Assembly (NCBI GenBank): GCA_029977385.1 | Contig: JAPOKZ010000001.1 | Coordinates: 22,741 to 86,740, forward strand | Direction: 5' to 3' | Source of the DNA: Methanobacteriota archaeon | Lineage (GTDB): Archaea > Thermoplasmatota > Poseidoniia > Poseidoniales > Thalassarchaeaceae | Length of the DNA stretch: 64,000 bases | Part shown: positions 48,601-58,423 of the stretch, piece after piece | Layout of the letters: every line of letters starts with the position of its first letter | Position numbering within the stretch: the stretch's first letter is position 1 | Notes under the pieces: model-generated | Databases searched by the model: none | What the model saw: the letters and a program-made list of their open reading frames with translations, nothing else | What the model was told of the DNA's origin: nothing | Translations under genes and position numbers: made by a program

Positions 48601-49254
48601 TTGTACGACTTTCACAACGTCTCTCTTTCACCGATTCAGACCCTTTCTCTGAATTTGGCCGTTCTCTCAATAATCGTTTTCTCGCTAATAAGGAGCGAAA
48701 GATCGCTCAGGGACGAGAGCCAATGGGGGGTCCTGATTCTTCTAGCCATTTTCGGAGTTTCAGGAAGAGTCCTATTGGAGCCGATACCGAACGTCCAGCC
48801 TGTTAGCGTACTAGTTCTTCTCACAGGTGTTTACTTCGGAGCTCCACGCGCTATTGCACTCGCAGCAACCATCGCCCTAGCTTCTAATGTAATTTTCATG
48901 GGGCATGGCCCGTGGACTATCTTCCAAGTGATTGGGTGGGGAGCTATAGGCACTTTTGGCGCTCTAATCTCTGAAAAACTAGTCGTCAACGAGAGACCTA
49001 GAATCAATCTTCTAGCAGTAATTGCAGCACTATCAGGGCTCGCTTTCAACTGGTTCGTTTCACTTAGTATCCTCCTCAATAATGACCTTTCTATGTTAGT
49101 ACCCTACCTCCTAAATGGCCTAGTGTTCGATCTCTATCATGCATTTGGGAACATACTCTTCGTTGCATGGATGGCCACTCCGCTCGGAGAGATGATGTCG
49201 CGACATCGGTCTTCTCAGGCATTGGAAGCGGTGAGAAATGGTGTCGCCAACTGA
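48601..49254 (+). CDS. Integral membrane protein (5-6 TM), possible ECF-transporter S-component-like
   Basis: Hydrophobicity pattern only. Confidence 0.35.
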   Translation: MYDFHNVSLSPIQTLSLNLAVLSIIVFSLIRSERSLRDESQWGVLILLAIFGVSGRVLLEPIPNVQPVSVLVLLTGVYFGAPRAIALAATIALASNVIFMGHGPWTIFQVIGWGAIGTFGALISEKLVVNERPRINLLAVIAALSGLAFNWFVSLSILLNNDLSMLVPYLLNGLVFDLYHAFGNILFVAWMATPLGEMMSRHRSSQALEAVRNGVAN

Positions 49255-49609
49255 AGAACTCACCATGGTCCTTGTCACTAGACAGGACTTGCAGTTATCG
49301 AAGGGCAAGCTTGCTGCACAATGCGCACATGCATCAGCAGAGTGCGTCCTTTCTGCAAAGAGAAAGAACCCCCGAACTCTGGATCAGTATCTGAGAAGAG
49401 GCGCTAGGAAAATTGTGTGCAAGGTCCCGGATCTAGTTTCGCTCAAGCAAGTCCATTCAAGGGCGAAGAAGGCAGGTCTGGTATGTCACCTTGTCACCGA
49501 TGCAGGACATACCGAAATTCCTCCTGGAACCGAAACAGTGGTTGGAATAGGTCCAGGGTCCAGGGACCAGATAGACAAGATCACCGGCCAACTGCCTTTA
49601 GTTGGTTAG
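49238..49609 (+). CDS. pth2: Peptidyl-tRNA hydrolase, archaeal type (Pth2)
   Basis: LVTRQDLQLSKGKLAAQCAHAS signature; possible start at 49265. Confidence 0.85.
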   Translation: MVSPTEELTMVLVTRQDLQLSKGKLAAQCAHASAECVLSAKRKNPRTLDQYLRRGARKIVCKVPDLVSLKQVHSRAKKAGLVCHLVTDAGHTEIPPGTETVVGIGPGSRDQIDKITGQLPLVG

Positions 49610-50204
49610 TAGGGGTTTGATTGCCCGGCCTAAGTCTGGCAAGAAGAGTCTTGAATCGAGCCCCTCTGCGAGGTACGTGGTTACCCAGGCCCCCTTGTCC
49701 GAAGAGGAGCGCTCCACACTCCTGTCCCAGTGTGACTCCCTCAGGAACCTCACCGAATGGCTGGACGAAATCGACAGAAGGCCCGGTCTGGACGAGCTAG
49801 ATGCTCGCCTGTCTTCGTTGGAAGTCAACGTCGATGCACTGCAGGATTGCATAGGGTATTCCGAGGACGGCTATCAGAGGAATGTGATCAAGAAGAATGA
49901 GCACTACGAACTCGTGGCGATATGCTGGACACCAGGCCAGGACACACCGATCCACGATCATACTGGAAGCGACTGCGCATTCTTGATTGTCTCAGGGGTT
50001 TCAACAGAGACAGTATACAAGACCAACAAGGAAGGTTTGGCGTATCCAATTTCAGACAGGAGGTACCTCCCGGGCGAGGTTTGTGCAGCCGAGGAGCCAG
50101 ATATCCATAGAGTCTCAAATGAGGAAAGAACCAATCTAATCAATTTGCATGTCTATACTCCGCCACTTAGCGGATTCAAGATATACGCCCCTATCGAGGA
50201 CTAG
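49602..50204 (+). CDS. Cupin-fold protein, cysteine dioxygenase type I-like
   Basis: ICWTPGQDTPIHDHTGSDCAFLIVSG (cupin metal site HxH...). Confidence 0.55.
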   Translation: MVSRGLIARPKSGKKSLESSPSARYVVTQAPLSEEERSTLLSQCDSLRNLTEWLDEIDRRPGLDELDARLSSLEVNVDALQDCIGYSEDGYQRNVIKKNEHYELVAICWTPGQDTPIHDHTGSDCAFLIVSGVSTETVYKTNKEGLAYPISDRRYLPGEVCAAEEPDIHRVSNEERTNLINLHVYTPPLSGFKIYAPIED

Positions 50205-51787
50205 CGGCCTCTCTCCGCCATCAGTTGGACGGCCTGCTGGACCCACATCATCTTGGTAACTCTACCAGGTGTGAACTCCATAGCGTCGTTAACTACCTCC
50301 GCGGTAACTGGATCCATCCTAGAAATCTGGTCATAGGTATGAATTCCTAGGACATTGAGCTTCTTTTGCGCGAACTCATCCAGCCCTTGTATCCGGGTCA
50401 AATCATCTGGCCTCTGGCCCTCTGCTTCTCCAATCTGAGCCCAGTTTACCTGAACAGCCTTGAGGCTGACCCTCTCTAAGATCAACTCCTCTCTTTCCAT
50501 GAGGTTTGCCTTGAGCTTCAAATCTGCATGTGCCGCTTCCCTCTCGGCCTTCATAGCAGCTGTCTCGACTCCGACAAGAGCCTCCTCCTTCCCTTTCATC
50601 TCGCTTTGGATCTTCTCTATCTCCTGCTCAACCTCCTCGGCTTTCTTAGTTGTCTCCGACTTGAACTTGTGACTATCCTCTATCTCTTGTTGGACTCTGA
50701 TTTTCTGTTCCTCTGCTTTCTTTGCCTCTTGCTCCACTCTCGCTATTTCTGCTTGCTTGGCCTTGACTTCCTTCTCCAGAGCCTTGGCAGCAGCCATCTC
50801 GGTCTTCATCTGGTCCTTGACGTCCTTGAGCGCGCCTTTCGCCTCCTCAGCCTCTGCCTTGGAAGCCTCAAGTGCTTCCTTCTTCTTGGCCATGGTGCTC
50901 TCCATCTTCGACTCCGCAAGCTCACGCTTGGCACGGAATTCCTCGAGTTGTTGTTCTGCCTTCGACTTCGCTTTCCCAGAGGCCTTGATTTGCTTCTCTG
51001 CTACTTTTCTCTCCATCTCGGCCTTCTTCAGTTCCGCCTCGGCCTTTGCTGCGGCCTTCCCTTCCTTGGCAACCTCGGTTCCCAGTTTCTTGGCCTCGGC
51101 CATTGCATCCTTGGCTTCCTTACCGAACTCTTTTGCAGCAACTGTCTCCGTCTTTGCCTTCTCCTTTAGTTCGCTCTCCTTTGCCTTAAGCTCTTCAGGG
51201 GAAAGCTTGGAGGAACTCTTCAGCTCATCTAGAGCCTTCTTAGCAGCCTTTGCTTGTTTCTCTGCAGCCTTTCTTCCAGCCTCGGCCTTCTTCGCCTCCA
51301 CTTCTGCCTTAGCAACTGCCTTTGCTTCCTTAGCAGCCTTCTTTGCATCCCCCATCTGTGCCTTCTTAGCAGCCTCCAGCTCCTTCTTAGCAGCTGCAGC
51401 TTCGGCCTTCGCTTCGGCTTCCTTGGCCTTCGCCTCTGCTGGATCTACTGCCTTCTTACTCTTCTTGGTCTTCTCCTCAGGCTCTGGTTCAGCCGCAGGC
51501 TCAGGCTCAGGCTCAGGCTCTGGTTCAGCCGCAGGCTCAGGCTCAGGCTCCGATGACTTTTTGGTAACCTTTCCATACTTCTTCTGGAGTCCCTTGACCA
51601 TAGTTCCATAGTTTCCTTCGAACTTCTTCAGTAGCTTCGGAATATTGGCGATTTGCTTCGAACGCTCCGGCTCTTCCAAGAATTGAGTGTACGTTGCCTT
51701 GGCCAGTTTAGCAGCCTGTTGTGCGGTTGGTCCTGTCGCCACGACGCTTGGAGGAAATCCATCACTTAAGGATTTGACCAAATTCAC
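50201..51787 (-). CDS. Long K/A/E-rich coiled-coil protein with EP-repeat linker and one C-terminal HhH-like domain (paralog of 41321..43036)
   Basis: C-terminus WAQIGEAEGQRPDDLTRIQGLDEFAQKKLNVLGIHTYDQISRMDPVTAEVVNDAMEFTPGRVTKMMWVQQA matches the repeats of the other protein nearly residue-for-residue. Confidence 0.7.
   Translation of the reverse strand: MNLVKSLSDGFPPSVVATGPTAQQAAKLAKATYTQFLEEPERSKQIANIPKLLKKFEGNYGTMVKGLQKKYGKVTKKSSEPEPEPAAEPEPEPEPEPAAEPEPEEKTKKSKKAVDPAEAKAKEAEAKAEAAAAKKELEAAKKAQMGDAKKAAKEAKAVAKAEVEAKKAEAGRKAAEKQAKAAKKALDELKSSSKLSPEELKAKESELKEKAKTETVAAKEFGKEAKDAMAEAKKLGTEVAKEGKAAAKAEAELKKAEMERKVAEKQIKASGKAKSKAEQQLEEFRAKRELAESKMESTMAKKKEALEASKAEAEEAKGALKDVKDQMKTEMAAAKALEKEVKAKQAEIARVEQEAKKAEEQKIRVQQEIEDSHKFKSETTKKAEEVEQEIEKIQSEMKGKEEALVGVETAAMKAEREAAHADLKLKANLMEREELILERVSLKAVQVNWAQIGEAEGQRPDDLTRIQGLDEFAQKKLNVLGIHTYDQISRMDPVTAEVVNDAMEFTPGRVTKMMWVQQAVQLMAERGR
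51481..51551. repeat. 2 x 36-nt perfect tandem repeat (encodes EPEPEPAAEPEP on the minus strand)
   Basis: gctctggttcagccgcaggctcaggctcaggctcag duplicated in tandem. Confidence 0.9.
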
Positions 51788-53049
51788 ATTTGAAGCTCTT
51801 CTCTGTAATTCTCGAAAACGCCTCTAAATAACTCGATATCCGAATCAAATGTTTCAGGTAGCAAAGGACCGAATGAAAATCGGAAGAATCGCGAATAAGG
51901 TGACTCATAACTAGGATCTTTCGAATGTGGACGTGCCATATCGCAGTCTGTAGCGCAGAGAATTGCTGCACCGTGTTTGAAAAGTCGTTTGTTTAACTCG
52001 GAACTTGTCATTCCTTCAGGCAACTCTAGCCAGTGATAGAATCCCCCATCTCCAGTGAACACTCCAAGTCCCATTTCCTCGAATGCCTTGCCATATCTTT
52101 CCCTCTGCCAGTTATAGTGCTCCTCGACTGCCTTTCTAGCCTTCTTCACTCTTCCAGGCTCCAGGAGCTTGACTGCATAGTTCTGTGAAGGATGACTAAC
52201 TCCACCCATGCCGAAGCTAGAGAAGTTTGACAGGGTCTCAATGTTCTTCCTACTTGAGATAATCCAACCAATTCTTATCCCGGGGGATTGCAATCCCTTT
52301 GTACAGGCCCCTGCGATAAACACGTTGCTGTTATCTAGGTCTTCTACGAACTGAATACCACTTACCGAAGGGGAGTGAAACATCTCGTAAGCCTCATCAA
52401 GAAGGATGCCGTTTTTCGGGCCCTCCGCCAATCTGATCAGATCCCTCAACTCGTCCCCCCATCTTGTCTGTCCGGAAGGGTTCTGAGGATTCGAGATAAT
52501 CGGCATCAGGCTCGTCTTAGCATTCAGACCCGATCTATCGAAGTACTCTTCATTGCTTGGGTGGAAGCCATTTCCCTTAGTGAACGGGACTATCTGGAAA
52601 TCCGTATCGGTCTGCTCAAGAATATCAAGATATGCAGGCCACTCGATGTTCCCAATCCTTACCTGGACATGATCCTTGAGGAATGCGAGAACAGTGTATA
52701 TCCCCGGCCTCCCTCCGGCGAAGACCATCACATTCTCAGGCTGCACTTTCGATCCATACTGATCATTGTAGTATCCTGCAATTGCTTCTCGCAAATCCGG
52801 GTGGCCCCAAGCTTTGGGGTAGAACCGATCCTCCCAAGTTACGTCTACACTGTCTGGAAGTGGAGGGCCTCCAAACCTATCCAGAGGGGTGGTGAGGGGA
52901 AATCCCTGTGACCACGGATGAGTGCCTTCGGTCCCCATGAAACTGCCGAACGAGTCCCTGAAGGAGTACAGCGTCTCATAGATTCCCATAGGCGGGCAGT
53001 TGTCGGACAGGAACGACTCAACAGACGCGCCACTATTCTGCATGACCAT
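51784..53049 (-). CDS. PLP-dependent aminotransferase, class I/II
   Basis: ISNPQNPSG and ACTKGLQSPGIRIGW (Lys-PLP region). Confidence 0.8.
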   Translation of the reverse strand: MVMQNSGASVESFLSDNCPPMGIYETLYSFRDSFGSFMGTEGTHPWSQGFPLTTPLDRFGGPPLPDSVDVTWEDRFYPKAWGHPDLREAIAGYYNDQYGSKVQPENVMVFAGGRPGIYTVLAFLKDHVQVRIGNIEWPAYLDILEQTDTDFQIVPFTKGNGFHPSNEEYFDRSGLNAKTSLMPIISNPQNPSGQTRWGDELRDLIRLAEGPKNGILLDEAYEMFHSPSVSGIQFVEDLDNSNVFIAGACTKGLQSPGIRIGWIISSRKNIETLSNFSSFGMGGVSHPSQNYAVKLLEPGRVKKARKAVEEHYNWQRERYGKAFEEMGLGVFTGDGGFYHWLELPEGMTSSELNKRLFKHGAAILCATDCDMARPHSKDPSYESPYSRFFRFSFGPLLPETFDSDIELFRGVFENYREELQM

Positions 53050-53142
53050 CCGTGTAGCATGTCACAAATTAGTTTGACCATAGCAGTGGACAATTCCCAT
53101 TGATGAAAAAACCGTTAATACACCCATTCTGCTTCGACAGCC

Positions 53143-56100
53143 ATGAGCACCCGCATTGAACATACCAGAACTCTAGCCATGACTATTGCCCTACTATTTC
53201 TGGGAATGTCATTATCCATGGGACTGCAGCAACATGGAAGGGAAGTCCTTGAGGAGGAGCCAGTATCAATGGAAACCCATTCAGGTCTCAATATGCCAGG
53301 CTCTACTGTAGGATCTATCCACTCCCTAACTGCACTCGGGGCATCCAATGGCTATACCTGCGCGGTATTAGACAACAACGAAATGAAGTGCTGGGGGAAG
53401 GCAGAAAACGGGTCTCTAGGGAATGGCGATGGTCAACAAAATCAGTATACGCCGGTCGGAGTAAATGAACTGAACGAGAATAACTGCTGTTTTGCCGATA
53501 TCGAAGAGACAAGCCCCGATGGGGACCACTCGTGCGCTCTTTCCAACGGGTCCGTCTACTGCTGGGGGCTGGACACGGCCGGGCAGATAGGACACGGGCA
53601 CATCAGTTGCTTTGGGGCTTGCCTGAATCCTCATGGGCCCTCAGTTCTGAATAGAAACGTCGTTACTTTCACAACCGGCCTCAGGCACACATGCGCGATT
53701 GCAGACGACTCGACTACCTGGTGCTGGGGGGAGAACGACTTCGGCCAACTTGGAGTCGGTGATAATGATGGCAGGAACGCTCCAGCCCAAGTTTTGTTGC
53801 CTGCCGGCGCCACTCCAATCTCGATTAATGCCGGTGGGCATACCACCTGTGTCGTTCTGGACAACGGAACCGGTCTCTGCTGGGGAAAGAGCGATTACGG
53901 CCATCTCGGAGACGGGACTTACAACAACAGGAATGAGCCGACCCCCATCTCAATACTCCCTTCAAACAGATCACTGGTCGCGATGGATTTGGGTGCTGGC
54001 CATGCATGCGGAATCCTGGACGACGGCACGGCTCACTGTTGGGGCAACAACACCTTCTCCTCAGGAGAGTCCGGGGGGCGGTTAGGCGACGGCTCCACCC
54101 AGAGCTCCAGATTCCCTCGAAGTGTTTCACTTCCCCTTGGAAAGACCGCTATATCCATAGACGTGGGCGTTGATCACACCTGTGCAATACTGGATGACAG
54201 CAGCGCTGCCTGCTGGGGTCTTAACGAAGAGGGACAACTTGGCGACGGAACCACGGACAACAGTACGACGCCGGTCGGCGTATCCGTGCCGGTCGGCCTG
54301 ACCTTTGGAGAGATCTCGGCAGGACTCGCACACACGTGTGCAGTGGCGACAAACGCATCCGTTTACTGCTGGGGGCATCATGAGGAAGGTGCCTTGGGAC
54401 TGGGAGAGGACGTGGATAGCGATGTCCCGGCCTACGTGGACCTTGGCACGGGTAGGCACGCCCTGATGAGCGAGCGAGACAATGACGACGATGGCATCGT
54501 GAACATCCTTGACCCGTTCCCTGATGGATGTCCATCGGGCTATTACGCAACGAATGGCACATGCGAGTTGGTCGAGCCGGGGCACTACACAAACGACCTT
54601 CCTCCATACGAGCAATTCCCCTGCCAACCAGGAACGTACCAACCTAGTTATGGTCAGCTGGATTGCATAGACGCCAGTGCCGGTAACTACGTCGAAAGCC
54701 CCGCTTCTGTATCTCAGACTCCATGTGGGGCAGGGAGTTACCAGCCTGACTCGGGACAGACATCCTGTGTAGAAACCGATCCAGGGAACTACGTTTCAGA
54801 CCAGGGTTCGATACGTCAGAATCAATGCTCCCCAGGAACCTATCAGCCATCTCCGGCGGCATCGGGTTGCATTGATGCAAGCCCCGGATACTACGTTACT
54901 GGTTTTGCATCGGAAGAGCAAATCCCATGCACAGCCGGAACCTACCAGATTCTGTCAGGACAGGCCTCATGCTTCCAAGCGGGACCAGGCTTCCACGTAC
55001 CTTCTGAGGGCTCAGTCACCCAGCAGCAATGCCAACCGGGAACCTTCTCGTCCCAGCAGGGCCAGGTAATCTGCACAGAAGCCTCGCCGGGATATTTCGC
55101 TGACGGGGTACAGCAATCCTCCCAATCCCCATGCCAGCCAGGCGAGTTCCAGAATTCTTCCGGAGAGACCTCCTGCTTGTCAACCACTCCCGGTCACTAC
55201 ACAGATTCGGAGGGCGCGGCAGAGCAGACCCAGTGCCCAGCCGGAACTTACCAGCCCGACTCAGGACAGACAACATGTATTTCCGCAGAACCGGGGTACT
55301 ACTCCGAAATAGGAGCTTTGTCTCAGATTCAATGCCAGAACGGGACCTACTCATCAGAGTCCGGACAGGGGTCTTGCACTCCTGCCGAGCCCGGATTCTA
55401 TGTCGACCTGGACGGGGCTACGGGATCGACTCCTTGCCCGCCGGGGCAGTTCCAATCAGACACAGGGTCATCCGGGTGCGAGCTCCCTCCTCCCGGCCAG
55501 ATAGCTAGCCCAGATGGATCGACCACGGTTTCATGTCCACCCGGAAAGTACCAGCCCGGTGACCAGTCAATTTGCGTGGATGCCTCTCCGGGATTCTTCG
55601 TCAACGAAACCGGCTCATCCACTCAGAGTCAGTGTCCGCCTGGAACATATCAGCCCGATTCGGGAGAGTCATCTTGCCTGCCGGCAAATCCTGGCAACTA
55701 CGTTGACTCTCCGGGTTCATCAAGCCAGACACCCTGCCCTACTGGCCAGTTCCAGTCGTTCGGGGGTCAGGAATCATGCACCCCTGCTATGGAAGGACAT
55801 CACGTTCCCGAACAGGGAGCAGTGTCCCAGACAACTTGCAAGCCGGGCAACTACCAACCGGATCAGGGTATGGATAACTGCATCTCCGCAGATCCAGGGA
55901 ACTTTGTCTCTTCGTCAGGAGCGATATCCCAGAGTCCCTGCCAACCTGGTAACTACCAGCCAGAGGGCGGTAAGGTAGGCTGCCTCCCAGCAGACCCGGG
56001 CAATTACGTTTCCGAAGCTGCATCAACGGAGCAGAGAAAATGCCCCTCCGGACAGGAGCAGGAGCTGGGCGGCCAGGTCTCGTGCATAGATGTGGAGAGG

Positions 56101-56253
56101 CCTCTGTGGATGTCGATATTGATGTTCGGAGTTCCAGCAATACTGTTGGGAACCATGGCAATCCTCTATATCTCCAACAAGAAGAGTACAGGCTCAAGTG
56201 GAAAGGGAAAGGCGTACATGTATTCAGAGGACATCAGGAAGAAGCAGCCATAG
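53143..56253 (+). CDS. Surface protein: signal peptide, RCC1-repeat beta-propeller, ~18 ephrin-receptor-like/GCC2-GCC3-type cysteine repeats, C-terminal TM
   Basis: Seven CWG.N..GQLG.G-type RCC1 blades. Repeated C.(P)GTYQP.SGQ..C....PG.Y units. TM LWMSILMFGVPAILLGTMAILYI followed by a KK tail. Confidence 0.75.
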   Translation: MSTRIEHTRTLAMTIALLFLGMSLSMGLQQHGREVLEEEPVSMETHSGLNMPGSTVGSIHSLTALGASNGYTCAVLDNNEMKCWGKAENGSLGNGDGQQNQYTPVGVNELNENNCCFADIEETSPDGDHSCALSNGSVYCWGLDTAGQIGHGHISCFGACLNPHGPSVLNRNVVTFTTGLRHTCAIADDSTTWCWGENDFGQLGVGDNDGRNAPAQVLLPAGATPISINAGGHTTCVVLDNGTGLCWGKSDYGHLGDGTYNNRNEPTPISILPSNRSLVAMDLGAGHACGILDDGTAHCWGNNTFSSGESGGRLGDGSTQSSRFPRSVSLPLGKTAISIDVGVDHTCAILDDSSAACWGLNEEGQLGDGTTDNSTTPVGVSVPVGLTFGEISAGLAHTCAVATNASVYCWGHHEEGALGLGEDVDSDVPAYVDLGTGRHALMSERDNDDDGIVNILDPFPDGCPSGYYATNGTCELVEPGHYTNDLPPYEQFPCQPGTYQPSYGQLDCIDASAGNYVESPASVSQTPCGAGSYQPDSGQTSCVETDPGNYVSDQGSIRQNQCSPGTYQPSPAASGCIDASPGYYVTGFASEEQIPCTAGTYQILSGQASCFQAGPGFHVPSEGSVTQQQCQPGTFSSQQGQVICTEASPGYFADGVQQSSQSPCQPGEFQNSSGETSCLSTTPGHYTDSEGAAEQTQCPAGTYQPDSGQTTCISAEPGYYSEIGALSQIQCQNGTYSSESGQGSCTPAEPGFYVDLDGATGSTPCPPGQFQSDTGSSGCELPPPGQIASPDGSTTVSCPPGKYQPGDQSICVDASPGFFVNETGSSTQSQCPPGTYQPDSGESSCLPANPGNYVDSPGSSSQTPCPTGQFQSFGGQESCTPAMEGHHVPEQGAVSQTTCKPGNYQPDQGMDNCISADPGNFVSSSGAISQSPCQPGNYQPEGGKVGCLPADPGNYVSEAASTEQRKCPSGQEQELGGQVSCIDVERPLWMSILMFGVPAILLGTMAILYISNKKSTGSSGKGKAYMYSEDIRKKQP

Positions 56254-56295
56254 TCTATCGCACCAGTTATTTGAGGGCAAGCACTGGAGATTGAC

Positions 56296-57342
56296 ATGAG
56301 GGACTTCCCAGGCGACAGAGTCGACCTACGAAGCGACACGGTGACCCAGCCAACCCCTCCAATGAGGGAGGCGATGGCAGGAGCCAGGGTTGGAGACGAC
56401 GTTTGGGGGGATGACCCTACAGTAATCCAACTCCAAGAGATGGTAGCTGAAATGCTCGGAAAAGAGGAATCACTGTTCGTCCCTTCCGGCACAATGTCGA
56501 ATACGATCGCGATAAAGGCCCAGACCAATCATGGCGATGAGATAGTAACCCACCGCAATAGTCACATCTACCTGTGGGAATCCGGAGCATACGCTTCTCT
56601 AGCCGGGTGCTCGATCGCGTTCGTTGACGGGCGCTTGGGTCAGATGACTCCCGAAGGAGTAGAGGGCGCAATCAGAAAGACGGCTGGAAGCAACTACCAC
56701 TTCCCTGATTGCACATTAGTCTGTGTCGAAAACACTGCAAACGTAGGAGGCGGGTCAATTTACAACCAGGACGTCCTGGATGGGATCTGCCGTGTCGCCC
56801 ACGAAAACGACTGTCGAGCCCACCTAGATGGTGCCAGGCTCTTCAATGCGGCAATAGGTAGTGGAACGGACCCGACTCGCATGGTCAGAGATTTCGATAC
56901 CATCTCGGTTTGTCTATCGAAGGGACTGGGTGCCCCAGTAGGGTCTGTTCTAGTGGGGGACAGGGAGACAATCTCCCGTTCCCGTAGGTGGAGGAAGACT
57001 TTCGGAGGTGGGATGAGGCAGTCCGGAATACTCGCTGCAGCGGGTATCTATGCCTTGGAAAACAACATCGAACGACTATCCGAGGACCATACTCGAGCAT
57101 CCAGGCTAGCCGAATCAATCAATTCGATGGACTCCTTCTCGGTAGAGATGGAAGGAGTCCAATCCAATATGGTCTACGTTCAGTGCATCGAAGAAAGCTC
57201 TAGTGAGGTGTCTAGAAAGCTCGCCGGACTGGGAGTAGATGTGAGCGTGGAGACAGACTCGATAGTGAGGGCAGTGGTACACCTGCACATCACTGACGAG
57301 GACATAGACATGGCCACACAGGCATTCGAGCAATCACAATAA
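56296..57342 (+). CDS. ltaE: Low-specificity L-threonine aldolase
   Basis: DLRSDTVTQPT, GTMSN, LSKGLGAPVGS (Lys-PLP). Confidence 0.85.
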   Translation: MRDFPGDRVDLRSDTVTQPTPPMREAMAGARVGDDVWGDDPTVIQLQEMVAEMLGKEESLFVPSGTMSNTIAIKAQTNHGDEIVTHRNSHIYLWESGAYASLAGCSIAFVDGRLGQMTPEGVEGAIRKTAGSNYHFPDCTLVCVENTANVGGGSIYNQDVLDGICRVAHENDCRAHLDGARLFNAAIGSGTDPTRMVRDFDTISVCLSKGLGAPVGSVLVGDRETISRSRRWRKTFGGGMRQSGILAAAGIYALENNIERLSEDHTRASRLAESINSMDSFSVEMEGVQSNMVYVQCIEESSSEVSRKLAGLGVDVSVETDSIVRAVVHLHITDEDIDMATQAFEQSQ

Positions 57343-57380
57343 CCCGTAACCGTTCAATAACTCCTCCGCCTCGACCAGCC

Positions 57381-58403
57381 ATGAGGCGCCTGTGGGCACT
57401 GATCCTGATTGCTCTAATCGCAATCCCGATACAAGCCTCCGCAGCTACGGAAAGCCTTTGGGATGATGCAAGGATAGCCGATGAGGCGGGGACTATATCC
57501 GGAACCATAGGAGGGATTTCGATAGATCTATCGAACACCACCTACGAGAAAACGACGTTCGGAGTTATCGATTTGCCGAGCATAGTCGAGGTATACACAG
57601 CTACTTGGTGTTCAAACTGTATCACGACCGAACGGGCCCTTGACGATGCCATAGGGGAGCTCGATGTGACCAGGATTCACTATCACAGACACCTGTACGA
57701 GACCTTGGATCCATTTGGAAGCAACTCCACTGACTCCCGATGGGTCGAAACCTACGGAGAAGGATCCCTTCTTTCTACCGAGAGGTCAATGCCGTCATCC
57801 GATGGTGGGACGATGAGGATCCCTGGAACAGACAGATCCGCTCCTAGCAAAGTCTTCGACGGGGAGAGGATGTATACAGGAACAAGCACAAAATCCAACA
57901 GTCTTCTGACCGACTACTCTACCGCATTGGCTTTGGGCTCGAGCCACCCCTTCGCTTCGAATGGCTCAATCTCCCTAGAAGCGTCAGCTTCTGTAACCAT
58001 GCCAGTGAACGACCAGGACGAGAATCATTCTGGAGAGATTCTGGACTACAACTTCCAATGGGACATAAGCCTCTGGACAGAGGAAAACTCCCCATGGGAC
58101 CTAAACATTTGGCTCATGTTCGTGGAAGATGTTGCACACCACCCCGAGGGGAGCAACGGAAAGGAGAACTACAGTAATGTCCTTCACGAGGCAGTCAACG
58201 TAGGAACAAGTCATGCCGGCTCTTATGCATTCAACCCCCCCGAACCATGGGACGGAGACGATATGTCTGTGGTTCTGATTGTAGACTGGGAAGCGAGAGG
58301 CGTCGCGAATAGCTCGAACTCTCTCCCAGCCCCTGGAGTGGCTACTCTGCTGTGCATGCTAGCTGCCTTGGTTCCTAGGCGTCAATTAGAATCTCAGTCG
58401 TAA
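57381..58403 (+). CDS. Secreted thioredoxin-fold protein (WCSNC) with C-terminal hydrophobic anchor (PGF-CTERM-like PAPGVATLLCMLAALVPRR)
   Basis: Signal peptide; TATWCSNC CxxC motif; C-terminal PG-hydrophobic-RR tail. Confidence 0.5.
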   Translation: MRRLWALILIALIAIPIQASAATESLWDDARIADEAGTISGTIGGISIDLSNTTYEKTTFGVIDLPSIVEVYTATWCSNCITTERALDDAIGELDVTRIHYHRHLYETLDPFGSNSTDSRWVETYGEGSLLSTERSMPSSDGGTMRIPGTDRSAPSKVFDGERMYTGTSTKSNSLLTDYSTALALGSSHPFASNGSISLEASASVTMPVNDQDENHSGEILDYNFQWDISLWTEENSPWDLNIWLMFVEDVAHHPEGSNGKENYSNVLHEAVNVGTSHAGSYAFNPPEPWDGDDMSVVLIVDWEARGVANSSNSLPAPGVATLLCMLAALVPRRQLESQS

Positions 58404-58423
58404 GCCTCTGCCTAATCAGTGGG

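Noticed and set aside
50528-51611. Two long plus-strand ORFs (213 and 284 aa) rich in Leu/Ser/Ala/Phe
   Set aside because: Antisense to the K/A/E-rich coiled-coil gene (50201..51787); low-complexity mirror frames, not genes. Same reasoning for 41778..42441 opposite the 41321..43036 gene.
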